From contig JARVKD010000004.1 in assembly GCA_029775875.1 (NCBI GenBank), forward strand, positions 1 through 50,301: a DNA stretch of 50,301 nt, in the 5' to 3' direction. The stretch is from Nitrososphaeria archaeon (GTDB lineage: Archaea; Thermoproteota; Nitrososphaeria; Nitrososphaerales; JACAEJ01). A model generated the notes under the pieces. The model searched no databases. It had not been told where the DNA came from and saw only the letters and a program-made list of their open reading frames with translations. Positions within the stretch are counted from its first letter, which is position 1, and every line of letters begins with the position of its first letter. A program made the position numbers and the translations under genes. Positions 19,028 through 28,199 of this stretch are shown here, one piece after another.

Positions 19028-19303
19028 ATGGTAAAGATAGAGCTAGGAGACCTAAAAGACAAAAGTGAAGATCTGGCAGCTTTCTTAGAGAAAAGATTGA
19101 TGATCAAGCCATCCATAGAAGGAAGCACGATAATTCTTGATGATACAAAATCAAAGGTTAAGCTGAAGAAGAGCCTCTTAAAGGCTTATCTCAAAAGATA
19201 TCTTCACATAAACGAATTAAGGAAAAATCATAGAGTATTGGTAAAAGAAGATGAATTTAGGCTCGTTGCATTAAAGGTTGAAGAAAAGGAAGAAGAGGGT
19301 TAA
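19028..19303 (+). CDS. Ribosomal protein eL22-like
   Basis: L..FLEKR...K..LKAYLKRYLH...LR..HRV......FRL plus acidic tail, resembling the eL22 pattern KRYLKYLTKKYLKK..LRD.LRVV. Confidence 0.65.
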   Translation: MVKIELGDLKDKSEDLAAFLEKRLMIKPSIEGSTIILDDTKSKVKLKKSLLKAYLKRYLHINELRKNHRVLVKEDEFRLVALKVEEKEEEG

Positions 19304-19671
19304 AGATTACCCTTTTCAATTTGAGATAAAGCCAATTTCAGTGCGTCTCTAGCCGATCTTGAATTCATAAGAACTTCATGAAGATCAGAATCCATCTTGT
19401 TAAGAGCGTTGACTAAATTATCTGATGCTTTAACTAACAATCCTCCAACATCAGAAGGGTCTTCTAAAGACTCTTGCCTTTGGCTGAATTCAACGCCGAG
19501 ATCAAGCTTGAGAAGAATTATGGCATGCTCTAATTTACTGTATGCTTCCCATACCATATCAGCTATACTCATTGGATTACTGCTTTTTGAGAATATCATA
19601 ATAGCTTCATCGTTTATCCTAACGGCACTATTTATCAAAGCCCTTGCTTTATCAACTCTTTTACTTTTCAA
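19300..19671 (-). CDS. Hypothetical alpha-helical protein
   Basis: Overlaps the DUF72 stop (likely co-transcribed); amphipathic helices, VWEAY..LE.AI..LKL. Confidence 0.7.
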   Translation of the reverse strand: MKSKRVDKARALINSAVRINDEAIMIFSKSSNPMSIADMVWEAYSKLEHAIILLKLDLGVEFSQRQESLEDPSDVGGLLVKASDNLVNALNKMDSDLHEVLMNSRSARDALKLALSQIEKGNL

Positions 19672-20635
19672 ATAGACCAGCCTTCATTAAATTCAATAAT
19701 TCATCAAACGAATTGAATTCTTTCGAACTTATCATTTTTATGATTTCAGCAAGAGTTAGGGTCTTACTATTAACTCTTACCAAAAGATAGCCCCTCTTAT
19801 CTGATAGCTCTTTTGCCTTGATAGGAAATCTTATCCCTTTTAGAATTATTCTTAACCTATCTTCTAAATTCTTTCCTTCAAGGGCTGATACAAATCCGTC
19901 TTCTACTAACCCTTTAAACCTTATAGCATCTTCGCGCATAGATAAATTGTTGAACATGACAAAATTCTCTTCACAACCTATCTTCTTGACCTCTTCCAAG
20001 AGTTTCAGAAGATCATCATCACGATACTGATATCTATAATCAAGCCTTTTGCTCAAGCCATGCAAGCGATAATAGCCCATTTTGTTCTTCAGAAAAGGCT
20101 TCTTTACTAGAGGGTCCACGATATGGATAACTTCTATTTCTTTTAACGAATGCTCTAGCATCTCTTGATTTTCATCCCATGATCTGTGCCTTAATTCTAT
20201 CGCTACAGCAAAAGGCTTCTCAACATTTTTGAAGAATTCTGTAATATTCTTGGCATTTTCCTCATTACATATAAAGGATGGTGGGAGTTGAACAACACAA
20301 ACTTTAGCCTTTAATGCTTTACAAATCTTGACAGTATTAATCCAGCATTCAAAGTTCTGCTCATTGGGCTTTAGATGACCATAATTCTCAACTTTTTCTA
20401 TAGGCTTTTGGCTACTAGCCTTTCTCCAAGTAGGGCTATTTATTGGGTGAGTTATTCCTTGAAAGGCTTTCATGGTGAATATGAAATCTCTTCTAACTTG
20501 CTGGCGCCAATTCTCTGCTGTATTTATCGATGGTAATCTGTAAAAGGTAGATTGAATCTCTATTGCTTCAAATTTTTCAGAATAATCTCTGAGGCTTAAA
20601 CCAGCATTACCACAGCATCCCACAGTTATCTTCAA
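19661..20635 (-). CDS. DUF72 (YecE-like) protein with C-terminal extension
   Basis: VGCCG, EIQSTFY..P, FTMKA...ITH, QLPPSF, ELRH.SW, YYRLHG, MFNN. Confidence 0.9.
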   Translation of the reverse strand: MKITVGCCGNAGLSLRDYSEKFEAIEIQSTFYRLPSINTAENWRQQVRRDFIFTMKAFQGITHPINSPTWRKASSQKPIEKVENYGHLKPNEQNFECWINTVKICKALKAKVCVVQLPPSFICNEENAKNITEFFKNVEKPFAVAIELRHRSWDENQEMLEHSLKEIEVIHIVDPLVKKPFLKNKMGYYRLHGLSKRLDYRYQYRDDDLLKLLEEVKKIGCEENFVMFNNLSMREDAIRFKGLVEDGFVSALEGKNLEDRLRIILKGIRFPIKAKELSDKRGYLLVRVNSKTLTLAEIIKMISSKEFNSFDELLNLMKAGLFEK

Positions 20636-20711
20636 TTGCCCACCCTCAAATCCTATTCTAAACCACTCATGTTAGTAAATGTATTAATATAGAGAGTTTT
20701 TAACAATAACT

Positions 20712-21413
20712 ATGTCTACTAAAGTAGGGCTAAGAAGGATAAAGCCGCCTTGCTTTGTCGAGCTTTCAGATTTAAAGGACTTGGCAAGGTTAACCTGTGC
20801 CTTTGAGAAGATGCCCATACCTATCTTCTCTTTTCATTATGATAATGAAATTTATCTCTCTACTCAGTTGGACATATTCATGGGAAGACCTATATTCTAT
20901 TACGTTAAAGCAAAGGAAGAAAAGCAGTTTCTTGGCTACAAGAACTCTGGGGGCATTGAAGAGACTATCTCAGTAGATTCTCCTCTCTTCCCTACATATA
21001 TTTATGCACCAGTGATACGTCTGGAAAAGCTTCCAAAGCTATTTCAGAAAGGATTTGAGTCCATCAAAGATAAAATGGAAAAATCCCTCTCAATTCAAGT
21101 CAGAGATTTGGCTAGCTTAGCAAAAGTAAGTTCTTATAAGGTTCTGTTTGAAGAGCCACCTTTACCCCTCTTTTCATTCAAATCCGATGATAGCAATATC
21201 GTAGGAGCGTTCACTCGTATCGACGAAATTGATGAGAATTCCATCTTCTTCTACACAACTTTACAGGAGATGCCAATCTACAACTTCCTCAAATACTCTG
21301 CTTCAAAAGTTGGAGAGGTTGGTTTTACGAATAAAGTTGATGAGCATGGAAACATCTACATCAAGACAATAAAATTAGCGAGAAAACATCCTTTGGTAGA
21401 ATTAGAGAAATGA
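20712..21413 (+). CDS. Conserved hypothetical protein with internal domain duplication
   Basis: Two similar halves (VELSDLKDLARL..PIPIFSF..FYY..FLGY and IQVRDLASLAKV..PLPLFSF..FFY..FLKY); ATGA overlap with pyrF. Confidence 0.8.
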   Translation: MSTKVGLRRIKPPCFVELSDLKDLARLTCAFEKMPIPIFSFHYDNEIYLSTQLDIFMGRPIFYYVKAKEEKQFLGYKNSGGIEETISVDSPLFPTYIYAPVIRLEKLPKLFQKGFESIKDKMEKSLSIQVRDLASLAKVSSYKVLFEEPPLPLFSFKSDDSNIVGAFTRIDEIDENSIFFYTTLQEMPIYNFLKYSASKVGEVGFTNKVDEHGNIYIKTIKLARKHPLVELEK

Positions 21414-22171
21414 AAGAGAAAAGCTTTGCAGATAGAATCATAACTTCATCAAAAGAGCATTCTAGCAAAGTAGTCTTAGCCCTTGACGTAGTTGCTTATA
21501 AAAGGTCTCAATTGATGGAGAGAGCTTTATCATTATTGGACAAATTATCATCTAATGTTGCTGCAGTGAAGCTAAACTACCATCTTCTTTTACCCCTAAA
21601 CCTTTTCACAGATGTTAAAAGAATAGTTAATAATGCCCATGATTATGGATTGCAAGTCATAGCTGATTTGAAGCTCAACGATATAGCATCAACAAATCTG
21701 GTAGCTTGTGATTATCTATGGAGAGTTGGCTTTGACGCTATCATTGCTAATCCATTCATCGGTTACGAGGAAGGACTTGAGCCTGTAATAAAGAGAGCCC
21801 ATGATATGAATAAAGGAATAATACTATTAGCGTATATGAGCCATAAGGGTTCAAAAGAAGGCTATGGATTGACAGTTATTAATCAGAATTTAAGGCAAGA
21901 GAAGGTTTATGATCTGTTTGTTAAAAGAGGCATTGATTGGAATGCAGATGGGATAGTTGTAGGAGGCACGAATTTACAAATACTATCATCAATAGCATCG
22001 AAAGTGAAAGGGAAGTTATTGATATTCTCCCCTGGAATTGGAGTTCAAGGTGGAGATGCTATGAAAGCAGTAAAGGCAGGGGCTGATTTCATAATAATTG
22101 GAAGATTAATAATAGAATCAAAAGATCCTTTATCTAATTTGGTTGAGATAAATAGGATAACTTATTCATAA
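21410..22171 (+). CDS. pyrF: Orotidine-5'-phosphate decarboxylase
   Basis: LALD, AVK, DLKLNDIAST catalytic motif, SPGIGVQGG, IIGR. Confidence 0.95.
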   Translation: MKEKSFADRIITSSKEHSSKVVLALDVVAYKRSQLMERALSLLDKLSSNVAAVKLNYHLLLPLNLFTDVKRIVNNAHDYGLQVIADLKLNDIASTNLVACDYLWRVGFDAIIANPFIGYEEGLEPVIKRAHDMNKGIILLAYMSHKGSKEGYGLTVINQNLRQEKVYDLFVKRGIDWNADGIVVGGTNLQILSSIASKVKGKLLIFSPGIGVQGGDAMKAVKAGADFIIIGRLIIESKDPLSNLVEINRITYS

Positions 22172-22320
22172 TTAGAATTTGTTACAATTATCAGTCATAT
22201 TTTCATATATGAATCATCAAAATTTTGACCCTTGCTTCATGAACAATTTCCAATATGAAAAATTTTTTATGATGCTATCTAAGTAAAGGTTATTATAATC
22301 TATGAATAGAGTTAAAGGAT

Positions 22321-23385
22321 ATGAAGGCTAAGGTAGCTATAGTTGGAGTAGGCAACTGTGCTTCAGCATTAGTGCAAGGAGTTCATTACTATAAGAATTC
22401 TAATCCAGATGAGGCTATAGGATTAGCAAAGTATGATCTAGGAGGTTTAAAGCCTTATGACATAGAATTTGTAGCTGCCTTTGATGTTGATGAAAACAAA
22501 GTAGGCAAGGATTTGAGTGAGGCTATATACGAATATCCAAACAATACTATAAGAATATCTGATGTTCCTAAACTAGGAGTTAGAGTTGAGAAAGGAGCGG
22601 TCATAGATGGCATTGGCAAGTATGTGAGAGAAGTAATAAAAGTATCTGACAAGGATTCTGTGGATGTTGCATCTGTATTAAAGGATAGTGGTGCAGATAT
22701 AGTTGTTAATTACGTTCCAGTGGGAAGTATAAAAGCCACTCACTTTTATGCAGAGCAGGCTCTAAAAGCAGGGGCAGCCTTCATAAACGCTATGCCAGTC
22801 TTCATAGCATCAAATCCTAATTGGCAGTCAAGATTCTGTGATTATGGATTACCAGTGGCAGGCGATGATGTCATGAGCCAGATAGGAGCTACTGTTCTTC
22901 ATAAGACTTTGATAAAATTACTAGTGGATAGGGGTGTAAAAGTTGATGAGACCTATCAATTGAACATTGGAGGAGATACTGACTTTCTCAACATGCTAGA
23001 AGAGGAGAGACTGATGGATAAGAGAGAAAGTAAAACAAGCGCAGTCAGAGCGATGATTCCTTATCAAGTTCCAACAAGGATTGGGCCTAGCGATTACGTT
23101 GGATTCTTAAGAAATGAGAAGATATGTTACGTTTGGATAAAGGGAAGATACTTTGGCAATTCTCCTGTTACTATGGATGTTAAACTAAGTGTTGTAGATG
23201 CTCCCAATAGTGCAGGAGTGATGATAGATGCAATCAGAGGTACGAAGATAGCCTTGATGAGAAATGTTAGCGGACCCTTGATAAGCTTATCTGCCTACTG
23301 CTTTAAGCATCCTCCAGTTCAGATGCCCTTTGATGAAGCAAAGATAGCCTTCATGGATTTCATAGAAGGAAAGAGAGACATGTAA
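22321..23385 (+). CDS. ino1: myo-inositol-1-phosphate synthase
   Basis: GVGNCASALVQG, NYVPVGS, GDD..SQIGAT, QLNIGGDTDFLNM, SKTSAV, DAPNSAG. Confidence 0.96.
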   Translation: MKAKVAIVGVGNCASALVQGVHYYKNSNPDEAIGLAKYDLGGLKPYDIEFVAAFDVDENKVGKDLSEAIYEYPNNTIRISDVPKLGVRVEKGAVIDGIGKYVREVIKVSDKDSVDVASVLKDSGADIVVNYVPVGSIKATHFYAEQALKAGAAFINAMPVFIASNPNWQSRFCDYGLPVAGDDVMSQIGATVLHKTLIKLLVDRGVKVDETYQLNIGGDTDFLNMLEEERLMDKRESKTSAVRAMIPYQVPTRIGPSDYVGFLRNEKICYVWIKGRYFGNSPVTMDVKLSVVDAPNSAGVMIDAIRGTKIALMRNVSGPLISLSAYCFKHPPVQMPFDEAKIAFMDFIEGKRDM

Positions 23386-23429
23386 ATTCGTTTTAATACC
23401 ACCATCATTAACTAATAAGATGACATAAG

Positions 23430-24272
23430 ATGCCCATAGAAGTTTCAGCAAAGGATTTGCAACAAGTATTAAAGTTGATAGAAGAGGAAGTTAAACCAGA
23501 AAAGATTTCCCTCATTTTGTTTGAGAGGAAGATAAGAACCAAGGGTAAAAACATTCCTGCTGAAATCCTCAACGATATAGTAAAGGGAGCGAAGAATTTA
23601 GTGACTCCTCTAAAGCCTGTATTAGGAAAGTTTCTAGTTGTGAGTGGTATAGACAAATCTGGTAAAGAGACTCAGTGCTTCAACCCAAAAGGGATTAAAG
23701 AGGTATTATCAATATATGACTATTTAACACAATCGTCTCATAAAGTGAAAAAGGTCTCTTTGCCATCTTATGATACAAACCTTGGAGCACTGGTAGCGTC
23801 TTACCTAAAGAGAAAATCAAACATAATCATAAAGGGCGAATTATCAAAAGATTACGCATGGATTCTATGGTCTTTGGATAGGGCTCAGCACAACGATGCT
23901 ATAGTGGATTGGTTAAAAGCTAGTCCAAAGAATGTAGTTCTATCAAGAAGATGGTTGGAGAGCAATGTTGCTTATCAGAAGGCTAATGATGTAGATGTAA
24001 AGAGAATATTGAATTTGGAAAAGAACATAATAAAGCAGGATTACACATTCGTAATAGACTTACCTGCAGAAATAGCGATAAAAAGAGTAGATAAAATTGA
24101 GAGTGAAAAGGATCTTTATGAAGATGTAGCCTTTATGGGAAAAGTTAGGAAAATCTTCCTTAATCTACAAGAATATTATCCCTTCGGTAAAGCATTCATA
24201 GTAAATGGAGCAAACCCTCTTCATGTTGTAAATAAGCAAATCTTAGACTTATTGGGAGAGTTAGGATTCTAA
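23430..24272 (+). CDS. tmk: Thymidylate-kinase-like protein with N-terminal extension
   Basis: SGIDKSGKET P-loop, LPSYDT..G, LDRAQH, SNVAYQ, DLYE..F..KVR..F. Confidence 0.7.
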   Translation: MPIEVSAKDLQQVLKLIEEEVKPEKISLILFERKIRTKGKNIPAEILNDIVKGAKNLVTPLKPVLGKFLVVSGIDKSGKETQCFNPKGIKEVLSIYDYLTQSSHKVKKVSLPSYDTNLGALVASYLKRKSNIIIKGELSKDYAWILWSLDRAQHNDAIVDWLKASPKNVVLSRRWLESNVAYQKANDVDVKRILNLEKNIIKQDYTFVIDLPAEIAIKRVDKIESEKDLYEDVAFMGKVRKIFLNLQEYYPFGKAFIVNGANPLHVVNKQILDLLGELGF

Positions 24273-24464
24273 AGATTTGAGGATATCTTCCACGTTCTTT
24301 TTTCCTAGTATTTTTATCAACTTATCTCTAGATTCTTCTCCCTTCCATGATTCAAGAATGCCTATAACAGTATCTCTTATACTAGGGCTTAGATCATGAA
24401 GAGCTTCTTCTATGAACCTTCTTCTTCCTTTAAGAATGTCTTTAGGTCTGAAGACTTCTCCCAT
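24261..24464 (-). CDS. Small hypothetical protein
   Basis: ATG start with TATA-like sequence upstream; fills the gap between tmk and the HD gene; typical composition. Confidence 0.55.
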   Translation of the reverse strand: MGEVFRPKDILKGRRRFIEEALHDLSPSIRDTVIGILESWKGEESRDKLIKILGKKNVEDILKSLES

Positions 24465-24528
24465 TTGATTTATCTATGATATAACTTTAAGATAAATATA
24501 TAGCCATAGCATAGATACTAATGTCAAA

Positions 24529-25818
24529 TTGAAGTTTATAGCAGAGATAAGGGACCCTGTCCATGGGTATATCCATATAACAGATGTAGAAAGAGAAATA
24601 ATAGATACGAGCATCTTTCAAAGATTGAGAAGGATTAGACAACTTGCAGGAGCAAATCTAACATATGCTGGCGCTCAGCATACTCGCTTTGAGCACTCTT
24701 TAGGAGCTATGTATCTTGCTGGTTTAGCAGGCTCTTCCCTCTCATCAAAAATTGATGTTACTGATGATGATATTCAAGAGTTGAGACTATCAGCATTACT
24801 ACATGACGTTGGTCATGGTCCTTTCTCCCATCTCTTTGAAGAAGCCTTAACAGAAAAGAGGAACATAACTCATGAAGATATCTCGAAAAGGATCATAAAA
24901 GAAACCGAGATCAAAGACATAATAGAGAAGAATGGATTCGATTCCAATGATATATCTGAACTAGCTTTAGGATTATCATCAAAGAGACCCAAGTTCATGA
25001 ACGAGATAATTGCAGGAGGCTTGAGCGTCGATATAATGGACTATCTTCTTCGAGATTCTTACTTCACTGGTGTAGAGTATGGTAGAGTGGATGTTCATAG
25101 GCTTATAGATTCATTTGAGATAGTTGATGAGAGACTAGCTATAGATCAAGCAGCTATTTACGCCTTCGAAGCTTTTACTATAGCCCGTTATGAGATGTTC
25201 AAAGCAGTATACTTTCATAAAACGGTAAGGGCTGCTCAGGCTATGCTGGCTCGCTCTATAATTCTTGCTGATGATGAATTGAAACTTACAGATGTTAGTA
25301 ATTTGAAAAATTACCTTCAGCTTACAGATGAATTGACTCTTGCAAAGCTTATCGATTTAGAGCCTAAGAGTAAAGAGTTGAGTAGAGCCAAGCAACTTGC
25401 CATAGGATATAGAGATAGAAAGCTGATAAAGTGTGTTTTTGAGAAGATAGTTCAAAGAGAGGATAGGTTCATAGAGAAAATTCTCAACCAAAAGAGCATA
25501 AGAGATAAGATAGCTATAGAGATTGCCAAGGAAGCTGATATTGATTCTGATCTGGTATTCTTCGATGTTCCAACAACGCCTTCTGTACCTTACACATCCT
25601 CGCGTCAATCTTTATCATCTATAACCCTAGTCTACAAGACTATGGAGGGTAGACACTATGAGATCATTCCTATAAAGAAACTTGCTTTAGTGGGAGCCAT
25701 CACAGGATACATGGACATAATAAGAATATACACACAATCAGAGTATAGATCAAGAGTTGAAAAGGCTGTAGAGGCTTTCTTTGGTAGAGAAGGATATGCC
25801 ACTAAAGTTTCTATGTAG
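24529..25818 (+). CDS. HD-domain phosphohydrolase (COG1078, SAMHD1/dNTPase-like)
   Basis: DPVHGYI, FQRLRRIRQL, HTRFEHSLG, LLHDVGHGPFSH, DYLLRDS, VYFHKT. Confidence 0.93.
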   Translation: MKFIAEIRDPVHGYIHITDVEREIIDTSIFQRLRRIRQLAGANLTYAGAQHTRFEHSLGAMYLAGLAGSSLSSKIDVTDDDIQELRLSALLHDVGHGPFSHLFEEALTEKRNITHEDISKRIIKETEIKDIIEKNGFDSNDISELALGLSSKRPKFMNEIIAGGLSVDIMDYLLRDSYFTGVEYGRVDVHRLIDSFEIVDERLAIDQAAIYAFEAFTIARYEMFKAVYFHKTVRAAQAMLARSIILADDELKLTDVSNLKNYLQLTDELTLAKLIDLEPKSKELSRAKQLAIGYRDRKLIKCVFEKIVQREDRFIEKILNQKSIRDKIAIEIAKEADIDSDLVFFDVPTTPSVPYTSSRQSLSSITLVYKTMEGRHYEIIPIKKLALVGAITGYMDIIRIYTQSEYRSRVEKAVEAFFGREGYATKVSM

Positions 25819-25826
25819 ATATTATT

Positions 25827-26489
25827 TCAGTAAACTTCTATCCCACCACAAAACTTTGTTATGTATTCTACCGCTATATTTTTGGCATTTATCAAACTAT
25901 CTTTGCTTATTCCAGGAACGCCACATACCATCAGTAAAACATTCCTTGTTTTCTCATTCAATTTAGATTCATCGGCATCTCTGTATGGGTAAATTGCCAC
26001 CAACTTCACATCATCTGAGACTACTATCTCCCCACCTTGTAATTCTTTTGGTTCATTCATACCTATACCAAAGAATTTCTCTCCCTTTCTTGCAAATCTC
26101 ATGACCAAGTTGCCTTGAACTTTATCTTCATCGAAGGCTGCTAACGCTATTTCAGTCTTTATAGATGCAAGATTATAAGCATCTACTACATTGTTTATGC
26201 TAGGTATGGATTTTCCTCCAAGAATCCTTCTTATCAACGCTTCAGCAGCAGGTCTAACCTTAGTAGGATCTATGCCAACTCTCCAGAAGAAATCTCTGTA
26301 AGCTCTAAGAATTGGTACATCTTTCAATCTCTCAATATCGTACTTTTCTTTTACTTCTTTTATGATCTTATCCTTGAAAACTTCTAAATCAGTATTGCTT
26401 TTCTCAACTTTTATCCCTCTTATACTGGTTATAAGGGCTTGTAAACCAGTAAAGCGCTCTGCTAAATCTGGCGAGATTTTTAGTTCCAT
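25827..26489 (-). CDS. B3/4 domain (PheRS-beta editing-like) protein
   Basis: AYRDFFWRVGIDPTKVRPAAEALIRR, IN.VVDAYN, YPYRD, GVPG. Confidence 0.9.
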   Translation of the reverse strand: MELKISPDLAERFTGLQALITSIRGIKVEKSNTDLEVFKDKIIKEVKEKYDIERLKDVPILRAYRDFFWRVGIDPTKVRPAAEALIRRILGGKSIPSINNVVDAYNLASIKTEIALAAFDEDKVQGNLVMRFARKGEKFFGIGMNEPKELQGGEIVVSDDVKLVAIYPYRDADESKLNEKTRNVLLMVCGVPGISKDSLINAKNIAVEYITKFCGGIEVY

Positions 26490-26524
26490 AGAATTCTAGC
26501 ATTAATGATAAAATAAAAACTTAT

Positions 26525-26923
26525 TCAATATATTATTACAGAACCGTTGCTTCCATTCACCATAAGAAAATCTCCTTTTCTGATAAGAGATAATCCTTCA
26601 ACCATGTCCACAAGAGGTATCTTGGCAATGGCACAGCCAGAGACAATAACATTATCAGATTTTAAGTTGATGATAGCAGAAGGAGCCTTACCATTCTCCT
26701 TCAATTTGTATAGTACATAAGCTCCAACACTACTACCAACGCTATAAGGGAATATGAGGACTTTTCCATCTATGCTCAACCCAAAAAGTTCATGGGATTT
26801 ATCTATGATCTTACCTTGCTTTGGGTCTACACCTTCTAAAAAGGATATAGGAGATTTTGAGATTAATGCTTTTCCCCATCCTAAACCATCAACAAGCCCC
26901 CTTGCTCTAAACACTCCCTTCAT
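26525..26923 (-). CDS. Phosphomevalonate dehydratase small subunit (aconitase X swivel domain, DUF126)
   Basis: ISFLEGVDP..G.I.D..H...G, GSSVGAYVLY, AP.AII; follows the large subunit. Confidence 0.9.
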   Translation of the reverse strand: MKGVFRARGLVDGLGWGKALISKSPISFLEGVDPKQGKIIDKSHELFGLSIDGKVLIFPYSVGSSVGAYVLYKLKENGKAPSAIINLKSDNVIVSGCAIAKIPLVDMVEGLSLIRKGDFLMVNGSNGSVIIY

Positions 26924-26924
26924 A

Positions 26925-28088
26925 TTATCTACAACTCTCCTTTATGATTTCATTAGAATCTTTAAGGGATATGCTTACTTTATGGACTCTTTTAATGTAA
27001 TGGGCTGCTTTGCACGAATTGGTAGCAATATTATCGACTCCAAGGCTAGGGATTATAGGCGTGAACACAGCACAAGTATTACAAACGAACTTTCCCCCTG
27101 CTTTTTCGACTCTATCAGTATAGCCTTTTCTCCTTGCCTCTTCGTAAGTCCTTCTTGAGCAGAATATGAGGCACTTTTTACTGAATTTTCTATCCCTAAT
27201 AGATTCAGAAATTTCGTTTATCTCATTCACATTAAGATGGGGGCAGCCTAAAATTATTGCATCTCCTTTTTCAGCATCGTTGAGTTCATCGTAAATATCC
27301 TTAAACTCATTATCGGTAAAATCTACTCTTTCAACTTTATCTATTTTTTCATTTATCATGAACATTCCAGAAGCTCCAGAAGTCCCAATAGCGGCACAGA
27401 TAGCTTTAGCCTCAGATGGATTTGGATTCTTTATGTTCTGAAAAGTCATAGGTCCTCTTGTAATCTTCCCAGCGAAATAGCCCAAAACGCCAAATTTTAC
27501 CGAGTTAGAAAGATTATTAATTTTATTTTGAATTGAGAGAGTTGGCTTTCTAAATTCTTCAATATGTAACTCAGAGTAAGGAGTTTTACCAGTAATCGCA
27601 CTTGCTAGAGCGCTTAAAGCACTCTCACGATTAGTCATCAAATTCAGAATGGAATTTGCATAGACAGATGCTGAACTTTCAGCCCAACTAACATGGCTAC
27701 CTTTTGGTGGTAGATAAAACCCTTCGTATGGTGTGCACGTAAAAGAATCGGTTACTCCTAATCTCTTATAGGCTTCGATTATCTTCATCTGCCCTAAAAC
27801 ATAATTATCGTTAATATTGAAATCGTGAGGATTTTGATAATCCAATCCAGCAGGGTTTACAGTCGTAGGGACAGAAACTTTAGCATTAAGGCTGATTTTC
27901 TCCAGAAATTCTTTACCATAATCACCAATAGTTGAATATGAGACTCCTGATACATGGGCTGATGAGATTTCTATCAGATGACTTGCATCTGTCAAGCGAC
28001 CTATGGAAGATAATATTCTGTAACTTATCTCAAGGGCTTCTCCATACTCTCCTTTAAGGGCTTTCTCTTCATCGTTGGTAAGGTACAA
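26925..28088 (-). CDS. Phosphomevalonate dehydratase large subunit (aconitase X catalytic domain, DUF521)
   Basis: MYLT..E...L.GE.G, HVSGVSY, TCTPY, WAESSA..YANS, GCPH, TC, TNS.KAAHY. Confidence 0.92.
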   Translation of the reverse strand: MYLTNDEEKALKGEYGEALEISYRILSSIGRLTDASHLIEISSAHVSGVSYSTIGDYGKEFLEKISLNAKVSVPTTVNPAGLDYQNPHDFNINDNYVLGQMKIIEAYKRLGVTDSFTCTPYEGFYLPPKGSHVSWAESSASVYANSILNLMTNRESALSALASAITGKTPYSELHIEEFRKPTLSIQNKINNLSNSVKFGVLGYFAGKITRGPMTFQNIKNPNPSEAKAICAAIGTSGASGMFMINEKIDKVERVDFTDNEFKDIYDELNDAEKGDAIILGCPHLNVNEINEISESIRDRKFSKKCLIFCSRRTYEEARRKGYTDRVEKAGGKFVCNTCAVFTPIIPSLGVDNIATNSCKAAHYIKRVHKVSISLKDSNEIIKESCR

Positions 28089-28199
28089 CTCTTATCTCCA
28101 AAGTTGGATAATCTTTCATTAATTAAGCATAAATTCTTTATCACTTTTATATAGGTCTTTGATTAAACTTGAACAACATTAATGCAATAGGGTGATGGT

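Noticed and set aside
22191-22220. Minus-strand TTGATGA-N19-CTGA, a half C/D motif
   Set aside because: Only one box pair in very AT-rich sequence; no second C/D' pair
24529-25818. HD dNTPase as an anti-phage defence system
   Set aside because: Housekeeping context with no defence or mobile genes nearby; this family is common in archaea
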